A stretch of DNA of 64,000 nucleotides. Source: Chiloscyllium plagiosum (taxonomy: Eukaryota). The DNA lies in assembly GCF_004010195.1 (NCBI RefSeq), contig NC_057719.1, positions 5,265,029 to 5,329,028 of the forward strand, written 5' to 3'. The position numbers and the translations under genes are program-made. Every line of letters begins with the position of its first letter. The stretch's first letter is position 1. Shown in pieces: positions 36,801 through 50,572 of the stretch. The notes under the pieces are model-generated. The model had not been told where the DNA came from. It did not search any database and saw only the letters and a list, made by a program, of their open reading frames with translations.

Positions 36801-39800
36801 CTAGGCTGTGGACTTTCTTGCACCTTCTCAACTTTTCTTGGGGTTTCTTTTACTACTTCCACTAATGCCACTGGCTTAGCTTCTTTTACCACATCTTTTC
36901 CCACAGTGCCTTTCTTTAACAACCAGCACTGGGACTTTACATGTCCTACTTTACCACAGTGGAAACACCTGAAGCCTTTCACTTCCCTTTCACCCTCTTG
37001 GGTTTTTTTAAAACTATGGTAAACTATTTCCTGTGTGCTCTACTCTTTGTTTTGTAGTGAAGGATCTCCCCTTCTCCCAATTTCTATCCCTCACAGGATG
37101 AATTTCTTGGCAGAAGCCATCTCTGCCACTCTTGTCAGTTCCTGAACTTTCTGTTCATCCACATGAATTCTTATCATCTCTGGAAGTGAGTTTTTAAACT
37201 GCTCCAGTAGAATAATCTCTCTTACAGCCTCATACGTCTTATCTATTTTTAAGGCCTATGTTCAATTCTTTCGGCCGAGTTCCTTCTTTATGTTTCTGAA
37301 CCGCTGTCTATATGCTTCTGGTACTGATTTACAAGCACTCAAAATAGCCTGTTTGACATCTGCATAATCTCTTGACCCCTCATCTGACAGTGTGGCAAAA
37401 ACCTCACTAGCTCTGCCTACCAGTTTATTCTTAACTAGCATTACCCACAAGATCTCTGACCACCCCATCTGCCTAGCCAATCTTTCACATGAAATAAAGA
37501 AGGCTTCGACATCTGTCTCATCAAAATGTGGCAGTGTTTTAACATATTTGTGTATATCACTACCTTCTTAAGGATGTGGTATCCTTAAACACAGGTGAGG
37601 TTCTGGAGGACTGAAGGGTTGCTCATGTTGTCCCCCTGTACAAGAAGGGTAGGAGGGATATTCCAGGTAACTACAGGCCAGTGAGTCTGGCATCAGTGGT
37701 GGGAAAGTTGCTGGAGAAGGTACTGAGGGATAAAATATATTTATATTTGGGAAAGAATGGGCTTATCAATGATAGAGTTCCTTGAGGAAGTGACCAAGTT
37801 GATAGATGAAGGAAGGGCTGTAGATGTCACATACATGGACTTTAGTAAGGCATTTGATGAAGTTCCCCATTGTAGACTAATGGAGAAAGTAAAGTCACAT
37901 GGTGTGCAGGGTGTTCTCGCTAGGTGGATAAAGAACTGGTTGAGCAATAGGAGACAGAGAGTAGTAGTTGAAGGGAATTTCTCAAAATGGAGAAAGGTGA
38001 CCAGTGGTGTTCCACAGGGATCACTGCTGGGGCCGCTGTTGTTCGTGATATACATAAATGATCTGGAAGGAGGCATTATTCATCTAATCAGTAAGTTTGC
38101 AGATGACACGAAGATTGGTGGAGTAGCAGAAAGCATAGGGGACTGTCAAAGAATACAGAAGAATATAGGTAGACTGGAGAGTTGGGCAGAGAAGTGGCAG
38201 ATGGCTTTCAATCCAGGCAAGAGTGAGGTGATGCATTTAGGCAAGTCTAATTCTAGTGCGAAACATATAGGAAACGAAAGAGCCTTGGAAAAAGTTGATG
38301 GGGCAAAGAGATCTGGGAGTGCAGCTCCATTGTACCCTGAAGGTGGCTGCACAGATGGATAGAGTGGTCAAGAAGACATATGGTATGCTTGCCTTCATCG
38401 GACGGGTTATTGAGTATAAGAGCTGGCAGGTCATGTTAAAATTGTACAAGACATTGGTTCGGCTACATTTCGAATACTGTATACAGTTCGGGTCGTCACA
38501 TTACTAAAAGGATGTTGACGCTTTGGAGAGGGTGCAGAGAAGGTTTACGGGGATGTTGCCTGGTATGGAAGGTGCTAGCTATGAAGAGAGGTTGAGTAGG
38601 TTAGGATTATTTTCATTAGGAAAAAAGGAGATTGAGGGGAGGACCTGATTGAGGTCTACAAAATCATGAAGGCTATAGACATGGTAGACAGAGATAAGCT
38701 TTCTCCCAGGGTGAGGGATTCAATAACGAGACATCACACACTCAAGGTGAGAGGTGAAAAGTTTAAGGGGGATATACGTGGCAAGTACTTTACACAGAGG
38801 GTGATAGATGCCTGGAATGCATTGCCAGCAGAGGTGGTAGAGGCAGTCACGGTAGATTCCCTTAAGATGCATCTGGACAGATGCATGAGTAGGTGGGGAG
38901 CAGAAGGATACAGATGCTTAGGAATTGGGCGATAGATTTAGACAGTGGATTTGGATCGGCTCAGGCTTGGAGGGCCGAAGGGCCTGTTCCTGTGCTGTAA
39001 TTTTTCTTTGTTCTTTGTTCAAAGATTCTGATGGCATTTCCAGCAAATTTAAATGTTAGCTTTTGCTATAATTATCTCTCCTTTTCCCCAGATGAAACCA
39101 ATTCCAACTCCAGCTTGTCTGCCAATTCCAGCAGTTTTGCACCTTACATAAAAATCCTTAAGTCATTTCATAGTGACTGAAAGAGCCATTACTATAGCAA
39201 GCAATGTTAAAATCAACTGAACTCAACACCAGGAACAAAAGACACTAGCACCTATTACTCGCCACCTTTGAGTCCAACAACCCTGGTCCCAAATTGGAAT
39301 TATCAAATCAATCCTGACAAGAGCCCCCAGTCTGTTATGGACCAGACCAGACCCCCTCAAGATATTTTAAGAAGGTAGCCTAGAGCGCAACTAATTATTA
39401 TTTTTAATGCAGATTGTGGTGGATATTCCAGGTGTGATGCAGCTGGTCAAACCATTCAGCTTTAAGCAAAACAGAATTTATTTGAACACGACAGTTGAAA
39501 CACAAACAAAAGAAAATGGTCTTTAGAATAACTTAACTATTGGAAAACTTAACTGACCTAACTAAGGAACTGTTCCAAATCTGATAACATCCCATAAACA
39601 CACCCCCTGGCAAAAGTTAAATTCGAACACAAATTCTGACAGCAGGAGAGATCTCAGAAAGAAACATCAGTCAGGAACCATCTGCTGGTGTCTGGAACCT
39701 TTTTTTACATTGCAGCTGCTTCTCTGCTACAGCTAAATCAGCAGCTTCGCACTGTCACAACTAAACCAAACTAGAAAAAAACCTGAACTGGGATAACTAT

Positions 39801-39912
39801 CCATTTCCTTGTCATTGTTAAAACAGACATTTCGTCACCTCTGCCTTTATGACTTCTCTTGGAATAAAAACCAAAGACAAAGTAACCTTGTTAAAGTGAC
39901 AACATCAATACA
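33811..39912 (-). mobile_element. Gmr1-type Gypsy element, 3'-truncated; 5' LTR 39333-39912; interrupted by CR1 37570-39020
   Basis: LTR followed by a tRNA-Pro-like PBS (TGGGGGCTCTTGTCAGGAT, 39311-39329). Then gag PEAYRQRFRN and CFHCGKVGHVKSQC, integrase HFYWSG..CHTC, and RT (LVPKPDG, MSFGMKSAPVTFQ, HLDN). Confidence 0.9.
37570..39020 (+). mobile_element. CR1-type LINE, 5'-truncated, inserted in Gypsy gag
   Basis: YMDFSKAFD, SGVPQGSxLGPLLF and KFADDTK; (ttctttg)n tail. Confidence 0.93.
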
Positions 39913-41740
39913 TGACCATGTAACCACCGTTGATTGCCATAAAAGTCAACCTGGTTCACTGATGTCCTTTAGTGAAGTAAATGAGCCATGATTTGCCAAT
40001 CTGATCTATATATGGTCAATACCCACAGCAATTTGGTTGACTGTGAACTGTTCTCTAGGCAATTACAGATGGGCAATAAATGGCAGGCTAGCCAGTGATG
40101 CCCACAACCCATGCACAAAGAAATTGAAATCTACATCATTCTTAATAAAATCGTACATCCTGCTTTTTCTTCATATATTTCCTTAAATTCCTGAGTCCTA
40201 GCATCCTACAAGATTCTTCCATTGACCTTCCTCTCAGTGAGAAAAGACTATTTGTATCAGTCCCATTACTTCAGTATTGGCTAACAGTTGCAGGTACAAA
40301 TTTTGAATTGTCCATAACTCTTTCCATCTCAGCCTTACTGTCGCTATCTTCTTGCCCTATTCTTTAAATAGCTGATATATTTGCTCATTTTTATCTATTC
40401 CACTGCAATGGTTTCAACACGTGAATGTGACTTTTCTTCCTGTGAATTTGACTGACTACCAGTTAAAGCATTCAACAAACTTCTTAATCATCTTGTATGG
40501 ACTACTGAATCCTGCAGGATCCCTTGTAATGGCAACAATATCAACACTCCATCGCCTGTTCTGGTTTCAGCATACAATATCTGTCCAATCTTTCATTTTC
40601 GCCCGTGAAGTCTTTAAATAGTCATATGTTATTTTGCATCCTATATGAGTCTCTCCAGAAACACAGACCCATGAATCTACAGCAGAGGATTCATCTTCTG
40701 TCCTACAACCATTTGTTTGACCAATTATTGTGGATTATTTACCTCACAGTCATCAATAAATCTGATTGCATTAAACAGAACAGATTCATTGCTGAATCTC
40801 TGGTAGAAAATCAAAGACAATTGAGACATTTGTCCCAACCAGAGGGATATTGATTGCAGTGTTTTAAGCATTGTCTTCAGGGTCTGATGGGAGCTCTCTA
40901 CAGCTCACTGTGTTTGTGGACGGTATGTCCTGTGGGCTCAGTACACATTAAGTTGTTGGCTTCATATCCCAAAAAACGTCACTTTTAAAAGAAATCCTTT
41001 CAATGTAGATAATGCCCAAATAGCTCAAAATCTTCCAGCTTTTCCCAATCATTGTAGTTAAATGATGACCAACATCTGAAAGTAATTTGCCAGAACAACC
41101 CCAGAACGTCCCTATTTATACTTCAATGACTTGAAAACTAGCTCTTGTACAGTCTTATAATTTTAGCATGGGAACTACCCAGCATTGTGAAATCTGCCAC
41201 CCACCCTGAGATATACTCACCATCGTGAAATGTTCCCATACACCACCGAACGGATGGGAAATCAATAAAAGCAAGTGGGAAGGTACAGGAGGATGGAAAA
41301 AGAACCTGTGTATCAGGGGCAAATTATATTTCTTTGACAAGCAGCTGAGGAGGTATGGATAAAGAAGGGTCTGATGGTTTGTCGGTTCTGACAGGTGTGG
41401 AGATTCAGTGTTGAATGTAGGCTGGAAAGGCTCTTAATTATGTGGGCTGTGAGCTGAAGCAGTTCATTTTCACAGTGTTATTGAAAGGGGAGTAAGGGGG
41501 CAGACAATAAGAAGGTACCTGCCTGATGTGGAATGGGGGGGGGGGGGGTGTTGGAACGTTGGAGGATTGAACAAGATTGGGAAGGGAGAGGGGTAAGAGT
41601 TTGAAATTAAAAGAAAGAAGCATTTAAAAGATCACATTATGAATTAAGAAATTGCTTCAATTAAATCAAAACTCTATTTGCATTGCCAGAAAGTAACATT
41701 ATCTGGGAGTTGGCGGGAGCCAGAAGTCCTTCTCCAAATC

Positions 41741-42845
41741 TGTTCCACCAACATTAACATTTCTCATTGTACTGTTCACCGGCACTGATATTCTTTACTC
41801 GGGTCAACTGAACAGGTGTAAGATTCTACAGTTTGACAATCTCCTGAGCTGAAGATGACAAGTCTGGTCTTGATCAGTCGGGATGTGATGCTGGGAAAGA
41901 GGGGGCGGGAAAGGAATCAAATTTCTCAGAAAACTTGGTCATTTGTTTGTACTTGTCTCGGTTACAGCCTCTAAGTCTCGGAGATTCCTGCACTAAAGGG
42001 CACGGCGCTGTGATGTAGAGAGCTCTCTCTCTCTCTCTGACGGCTACATAAACTCATCTTCAGACCAGAAATGGTGCAGAAACAGCACAGGGTGTGTGTG
42101 TGGATGTAGATGGTGCTCAGTCTCTGTGAGAAGACGGTGATGATATAGATCGGTGTGAGTCCTGGTTTCTCCTTGACCCTTAAGCACTTGTTGTGAATGC
42201 CAGTCCGTGCAAATCGAGGGGGATAGAGGCGACTAACTGTAACGTGGAAAGAGTCGCCAAACTTCACATCGATCAATTCACCCAAGAAGGAAATTCCGGA
42301 ACAGGTCCGACTGTCTGTCAGGAATAGACAACAGGGACTGACTCACAGGTAACACTTCCATTGGTTTCTAACTATCCGCAGAACCCAGGGGAGAGAATGA
42401 AGTGTAGTGCACGAAGAGGAAGAGAAGTTGGCGGAAAAATCAGAGCTGAGTGATTTGATGACGGTTTTTGTTTCGAAGTTGTTAAACTGTGAAAGTGTCT
42501 CTGTTACTCTCAGCAATCCGCGGGACATGGACCTGGTGGGATTGGATATTCCTGGTTTGCATGATGTCGGCTTTCACTCTCCATTTCTGACAATGGAGCC
42601 AGACATAAAGGTTTGAGAAGGAACTCAGAGATTGTGGGGTTTGCCAGGTGAAAGCAGGGCTCGCAATGCTGGTGTGAGTGCGCCTGAGGATCAGAGGCAG
42701 AGGTTCAGAGTGTTTCTATTGGGTCAGGGAGTGAGTTGCAGGTTTGCAGGGAGAGCCTGAGAGAGGGTATAGAGAGACCGGGAAGAGATTTGGGACATGG
42801 ATTGGAAGTTGAAATGGAGCCGTTGGGGAATTGGCTGAAGGAGGT
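41741..42845 (+). promoter_or_regulatory. Putative promoter / non-coding first exon block, copy B (no coding exon of its own)
   Basis: Near-identical to copies A and C; donor-like sites at 42155, 42349 and ~42674. Confidence 0.55.
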
Positions 42846-44331
42846 AACCAGCATACAGGTAAAGGGTGGGTCAGTGTAGTGAGGGAGAGACCATGGGCAG
42901 CAGGGACATGAATGTCCAACTCCAGACCTCGAGCACCATCCAGGCTCATGCAGCCAATTATATAAGGCATGGTATCACTGTGCTATGGACCAGACCAAAA
43001 CCCCTCAACACATTAAGAAAATAGTGTCGACCCTCACTTTGTCTTATTTTATAGGCGAGCGTGAGACATTGCATTCCGGATGCAATTCATTTGATCAAAC
43101 TACCAGTCTTGAAACAAAACGCACAGTATTCGTATACTATCGTTAAAACACAACAAAAGAAAGAAGACATTGAATGGGAATTGGGGAAAGTAACAGAACA
43201 ATAGATTATTTAACTGCTAATCAGTAACTGGTCCATCATAGCAACATCCCATTAAAAACACACACACTTGACATAGGCAAATTTCTGAAATAGATTGTCT
43301 CACATGTGATTCTGGCAGCAGGATGAAACCCCAGCTTTTAGGTGTAACAGAGAGAAGAATAACAGCTTCCACATCCAGCTTCAACACCCCAACAATTACC
43401 TTTACTGAATTACTAAAACTAAAAATCTTGGGTCCGTGTGAGCTCAATCTCACCCATTCATGCTGTTTCTGTTGTTTCAACGTTTTAAAAAAAAGGCCTC
43501 ACAAGTTGTTAACTTTATTGCCTTTGGAGCAGACTGTGTCTCAACCTTCCTTTATTAAAGCAACAGGACAAAGTACAGCTCATGAAGTAATCGTGTTCCC
43601 CTTAAAGAAAACAAACTATCAATACATAAAGATGGCTTCAGTTTTAAAAAACATTTAGCTTTACGTTACTAGTATACTACAACACATATACATTACACTG
43701 GCTCTAAGGATTAAAACAATCACTACCATAATCAAGTTCAGTCTTTTTTTTCACACCACTGAAGGCCTCCATCCTCCTTCATCAAAGTCACAAATATGTA
43801 TTGGCAATTACATTCTCTCATCTCTCATGTGTATCATTTTCAAATTGAATGGCTGCAATAATAAACTCCATCAAAAATGTCTGGTAATTTTATCTGTAAA
43901 TGTTTCCAAAAATTTTAAGGAGTTATATTCAGTGTATATAATTGTCACAGACACATGACTAGCATTATAAATGTTGCAATGTTGTAATGCCAACACCAAG
44001 CTCAAGGTTTCCTTCTCAATTAGAATATTTTCATTGATGATCATTCAATTTTCTGTAAAAATATCCATGAGGGCTTTTTATCTTCTCATCATCTTCCTGT
44101 CAGAAAACAGCACCTACACCCACATCACTCACATTGATAGCCACTTTGAATGACTTTGCATAATTAGATGTGATTAACATTGGGACAATGGTTAACAGAG
44201 CTTTCAGGCTGTCAGATGTTTTCTGAGATTCCTCCATCCACTAAAATGTTTTGCACTTTTTCAACAAATCAGTCAATGGAGTAATCACACTGCTAAAAGT
44301 TGGTACATACTTCCAATAAAAACCACTCATA

Positions 44332-47287
44332 TGACCTTCCCTCCATAGCAGGCAGCATACTGGTCAATCTCCTCTGCAACCATTCCAACGCTTCCACATC
44401 CTTCATGTAATGTGATCAGAACTGTATGCAATATTCCAAATGTGTCCGCACCAGAGTTTTGTACAGCTGCAGCATGACCTCATGGCTCCGAAACTCAATG
44501 TCTCTACCAATAAAAGCTAACACACCATACACCTTCTTAACAATCCTATCAACCGAGGTGGCAACTTTCAGGGATCTATGTAAATGGACATCGAGATCTC
44601 TCTGCTCATCTACACTACCAAGGATCTTATCATGAGCCTTGTACTTGGTATTCCTGTTACTATTTCCAAAGTGAATCACCTCACACTTTTCTGCATTAAA
44701 CTTCGTTTGCCACCATTCAGCCCAGCTCTGCGGCTAACATATGTCCCTCTGTAACCTGCAACATCCTTTGGCACTGTGCACAACTCCACCAACCTTTGTG
44801 TCATCCATAAATTTACTAACACATCCTTCAATGCCCTTATCTAGGTAATTTATAAAAATGAAAAACAGCAGTGGCCCCAAAACAGATCCTTGTGGTATAC
44901 CACTAGTAACTGAATTCCAGGATGGACATTTCCCATCAACCACCACCCTCTGTCTTCTTTCAGCTAGCTAATTTCTGATCCAAACCATTAAATCACCCTC
45001 AATCCCATACCTCCGTATTTTGTGCAATAGCCTACCGTGGGGAACCTTATCAAATGCTTTACTCAAATCCATACACATCACATCAACTGCTTTACCCTCA
45101 TCCACCTGTTTGGTCACCTTCTCAAAGAACACAATAAGGTTTGTGAGGCACGACCTATCCTTCACAAAACCATGTCGACTATCCCTAATCAAATTATTCC
45201 ATTCTAGATGATTATAAATCCTATTTCATATAATCCTTTCCAGTACTTTAATCACAACCAAAGTAAGGCTCACTGATTTATAGTTACCAGGGTTTTTTCT
45301 ATACCCTTTCTTGAACATTTGCTATCATCCAATCTTCTGGCACGATTCCTGTTGACAATGACAACATAAAGATCAAAGCCAAAGGCTCTGCAATTTCCTC
45401 CCTAGCTTCTCAGAGAATCGTAGGATAAATCCCATCAGGCCTTGAAGACTTATCTATTTTCACACTTTGCAGAATTGCTAACACCTCCTCCTTATGAACG
45501 TCAATCCTATCTAGTGTAGTAGCTTCTATCTCCTCAACAACATTATCTTTTTCCAGTGTGAAAACTGACAAAAAATATTCATTTAGCACCTCTCTTATTT
45601 CCTCAGACTCCATGGACAACCTCCCACTACTGTCATTGACTGGCCCTAATCTTAGTCTAGTCATTTTTTTATTCCTGACATACCTATAGAAAGCTTTAGG
45701 GTTTTCCTTGATCCTACCTGCCAATGACTTCTCATGTCCCCTCCTGGCTCTTCTTAGCTCTCGCTTTAGGTCCTTCCTGGCTAACGTAACTCTCAAGCAC
45801 CCTAACTGAGTCTTTATGTTTCATCTTTACATAGGCTTCCTTCTTCCTCTTGACAAGAGATTCAACGTCTTTAGTAAAGCACGGCTCCCTGGCTTGACTA
45901 TCTCCTCCCTGCCTGACAGGTACATACCTATCTAGGACACGCAGTAGCTGTTCCTTGAAAAAGCTCCACATTTCAATTGTGCCCATTCCCTGCAGTTTCC
46001 TTCCCCATTCTATGCATTCTAAATCTTGTGTAATTGCATCATAATTACCTTTCCCCCAGCTATACTACTTGGCCTGCGGTATATATCTCTCCCTTTCCAT
46101 TGCTAAACATAACTGAATTGTGGTCACTATCACCAAAGTGCTCACCTACCTCCATATCTAACACCTGGCCTGGTTCATTACTGAGTACAAATCTAATGTG
46201 GCCTCGCCTTTCATTGGCCTATCTACATACTGTGTCAGGAAACCCTCTTGCACACATTGGACAAAAACTGACCCATCTAAAGTACTCCAACTATGGTGTT
46301 TTCAGTTAATATTTGGAAAGTTAAAGTCCCCCATAACAACTACCCTGTTACTTTTGCTCCTATCCAGAATCATCTTTGCTATCCTTTCCTCTACATCTTT
46401 GGAACTATTTGGAGGCCTATAGAAAACTCCCAACAGGGTGACCTCTCCTTTCCTGTTTCTAACCTCAGCCCATACTACCTCAGTGGACAAGTCTTCATGA
46501 AACATCCTTTCTGCCACCATAATACTGTCCTTCAATACCTCCCACCCCTCTTTTGCCACCTTCCCTGTTGTCACCGAAACATCTAAACCCTGGAACCTGC
46601 AGCAACCATTCCTGTCCCTGCTCTATCCATGTCTCCAAAATGGCCACAACATCGAAGTACCAGGTACCAACCCATGCTGCAAGATCACCCACCTTATCCT
46701 GGATGCTCCTTCAAACCACCTGCCTGCCTGCCAGTACACTCTTGCTACTTTGAAATCTTATTTATGACCTCACTGTTCTCAATCTCCTGTACACTGGAGC
46801 TACAATTCAGGTTCCCATCCCCCTGCTGAATTAGTTTAAACCGTCCGGAAGAGCATTAGCAAATTTCCCCCCAAGGATATTGGTACCTCTCTGTTTCAGG
46901 TGTAGACCATCCTGTCTGTAGAGGTCCAACCTACCCCCGAATGAGGCCCAATTATCTGGGTGTCTGAATTCTTCCCACCTGCACCATCCTTGTTGCAACA
47001 TGTTCAACTGCTCTCTCTCTCTCCCTAGTCCTCGCCTCGCTAGCACATGGCACGGGTAACAAACCAGAGTTTACAACTCTGTTCTAGTTCTAAGCATCCA
47101 CCTAGCTCTCTGAATTTCTGCCTTACATTCCCATCCTACCTATGTTGTTGGTATCTAAGTGGATCACGTCTTGGGGCTGCTCCCCCTCCCCCTTAAGGAT
47201 TCCGAAAGCACGATCTGAGACTTCACCAACCCTGGCACCTGGGAGGCAACACACCAACTGTGACTCTCTCTCGTTCCCACAGAATCA
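44332..47287 (-). mobile_element. CR1-type LINE (ORF1 esterase C-terminus, endonuclease, RT)
   Basis: DLYRQDGLHL (SGNH-esterase ORF1), FYRPPNS..MGDFNFPNI, HGFVKDRSCLTNL and [14 protein letters not shown]. Confidence 0.93.
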
Positions 47288-50200
47288 CCACACAACTGAA
47301 TAATCCTGAAATGGCTTTATTGATTTGTCTTTGAAATGTAGCTGGCATTTTTCATGCCAAATGGCATGACTTTAAACTGGTACAGTTTGTTCAGTGTCAT
47401 GAACCCTAAAATTTCAGATAAAGTTATCTGCGAGTATAATCTGAATAAGTCCAACTTAGAAATATAAGTTCCTTGTCCCACCTTTTCAATACAGTCTTCC
47501 AGATATGAATAGGACATGAATCTGATTTTGTAACTGCACTAACTTTGCGATAGTCCTCCCATAATTGTTGGGTACCATCTGGTTTTGGCACCATTATTTT
47601 GGGTGAGCTCCATTTGCTGCAACTCACTTCAATTATATTGTCTTTGAGCATGTGTTCAATGTCTTTTTGAAATTGTGCCAACTTTAGATGATTATGTCTA
47701 TAAAGATGTTGCTTAATTGGAATAGCATTTCCTATATCTACATCATGCATAATTAGATTAATTCTTCTCAGCTTATACCCATATATCTTCCCATGTGATT
47801 CTAATAATTTTTTCAGGTCATTTCAATTTTCCTCTGGAAGGTAAGTCAATAATTTTTGACAACTTCCTCACTGTCCAATTTAATTTGAAGAATGTCTAAT
47901 TCAGAATCATCTGAACTTGGTTCTTCACTCTGTGCTGTAAGTAATATTATATTCTCCTTTTGCATTCCTTCAAAGTACCTTTTGAACATATTCACATGTC
48001 ACACTCTGTGAGATTTCTTTCTATTTGACATTTTTATCAAACAATTCACCTCACTCAATTTCTTTTCGATTTGATAAGACCCACTAAACCTTGCCTTGAA
48101 AGGTTCACCTACCACTGGTAGTAATACTAACACTTTACCTCCTCTGGTGAAATTACACATTTTTGATTTCTTGTCTGCTTCTTGCTTCATCACATGCTAT
48201 GCTACTTTTAAGTGCTGTCTAGCTAACTCACTTGCTTTGTTTAAAATTTCCCTAAAATCTGACACATTGTCAAATTGAACTCTGACTTATCAATTGTTCC
48301 TTAATTAATTTCAGTGGATCGCTCCATGCCCAAAAACAAATTCAAATAGACTGATTTTGGTAGAATCATTAGGTGCATCATTAATTGCAAAAAGTACAAA
48401 TGGAATTCCTTTAACCCAATCATCTGGATAGTTTTGAATACAAGCCCTCATCATAGTCTTTAAAGTTTGATGCCATTAATCTAATTCTCCCTGCGATTCT
48501 GGTGCTATGCAGTGGATTTAAATTAATTTATTCCTAAGATATCCATAACTTTGTTGAATACTTTTGATGTAAAAGTTGGTCTTTGATATGATTGTGTCTC
48601 CGTGGGTAGATTATATCAAGCAAAAAAATTGAGTAATTCTTCTATAATCCTTTTAGCTGTGACACTGCCTAATGGAATAGCATCTGGAAATCTAGAAGAC
48701 ACATCCATTATGGTCAAGAAATACTGATTCCTACTTTTTGTTTTAGATAGGGTTCCTACACAATCAGTTAAGACTCTTGCAAAAGGTTCCTCAAATGGAT
48801 AATAGGGGTGCTGGTTTTATCATTATCTGAGGTCCTCCAATTACCTGATGTATGACATGTCCAGCAAAATTCAACCACATCTTTATGCAGTCCAGGCTAA
48901 TAAAAACAGCTTTGTATTTTGGCTTGAGTATTCCTTACTCCTAACGGACCTCTTACTGGAAACTCATGTGCTACCTACAACATTTCCTTTCTATAATTCA
49001 CCTGGCAAAGCTGACAACCTGACAAACTGTTGCCCATTTCTCCTCCATTTAAATATATGATGGTCACCATTTTGTCATCAAGACTTTATTCTTAAGATGG
49101 TGACATTCTGGGCAATGCTCAGATTCTTTTCCCGTGTATGCTTTTGTCATACAACTGCTTTAGTTTTTCATCTTTCCATTCAGTTAATTTCTCTGAACTA
49201 AAAATATCCAATTTCTCCTCCACCTGTTCTTTTTTCTCAATATTTTTATCAAATAAAGTTTCTGACAACTGAAATTCAATTTTCTTATCTTTACTCCTTT
49301 ACTTCTCCTCCTGTTTCACCCTGTGGTTTTATGACCTTGTTTCCACATATTCAGGAAAAATCTCAGGATATGCTCCCTGTAACACCTCAGTTGCCTGATT
49401 TTCCACTGGTTTTTCAAACACAGTAGGCCTCACTCCCATCTGTGATCCAGCTATATCATTACAAAGCATTTCTGGAATCAAGATTTTCTCTGTTACTCCA
49501 CTTCATTTTCACCAGATCTCCAACCTCACTTTACATAATGGAATATTTTTGGATGTATTGAAACAAATCACCACCAGGCCTTTGGCTATGATGGGGTTGC
49601 TCTCCATCACTACTCCTACTTTTCACTGCTACCTCTAACCATTTTCAGTCAACTTTGAGTTTTCAGTTTCAGCCTCTGAAGTTCAAAAGATCTCTCTTTC
49701 TCCCTTTCTTCTTCTAGAAACTTCCTTTCCTTTTCTTTTTGTTCGGCTTTTAATTGTAATTCAAACTGTTTCATTTCCTTTCCCTTTCTTTTTCTTCTAA
49801 CTCAAGCTGCTTCATTTTCAATTCAATTTTAGCCATTTCTAATGATTCTGATTATATTCCTGGCAATTGTAAATGCTGCACGATTGCCAGAAATATTTCC
49901 ACTTTTCTTCAGAGACACAGGCAACTCCAACTCCATCTTGTTTGCCAATTCCAAAAGCTTTGCCTTCCTCATTATTTGTAAAAGTCCCGCAATTACTTCT
50001 TCCACCCCCAGGAAACTCACAGTGACTTAAAGGGCCGTTACTATACAAGGCACATGCTGTTTGAACCAAACAAATTCAACACCCGAAAAGAGAACACCAA
50101 AACTCACCACTTACTGCCTTTGAACCCAATGATCCTAAATCCAACATGGAATTAGAGATTTTGATCCTGACAGGAGCACCCAATTTGTTTTGGACAAGAC

Positions 50201-50572
50201 TAAACCCCCTTAGAATATTAAGAAGCCTAAATACTTTTTTATTTAAAAGGCAAATGCCAGGCATTGCATTCCAGATGCAATTTGATTTGCCAAACTACCA
50301 GTTGTGAAGCAAAATACATAATATATACATTATAGTTAAAAAACAACAGAAGAAAGAAGAAATTGGAATAAATGAACTCTATTGGAAAACTTAATAGAAT
50401 AACACATTATTTAACTACTAAACAGTAACTGTTCCATTATAGTAACATTGCATAAACACACCCTTAACAATGGCAAATTCTTAAAATAGATCGTCTCACA
50501 TGTAATTCTAGTAGCAGGAGGAGAAACACAGTTTTCAGCTGGTTGAGGAAAAACAGCTTCTATATCAGCTTC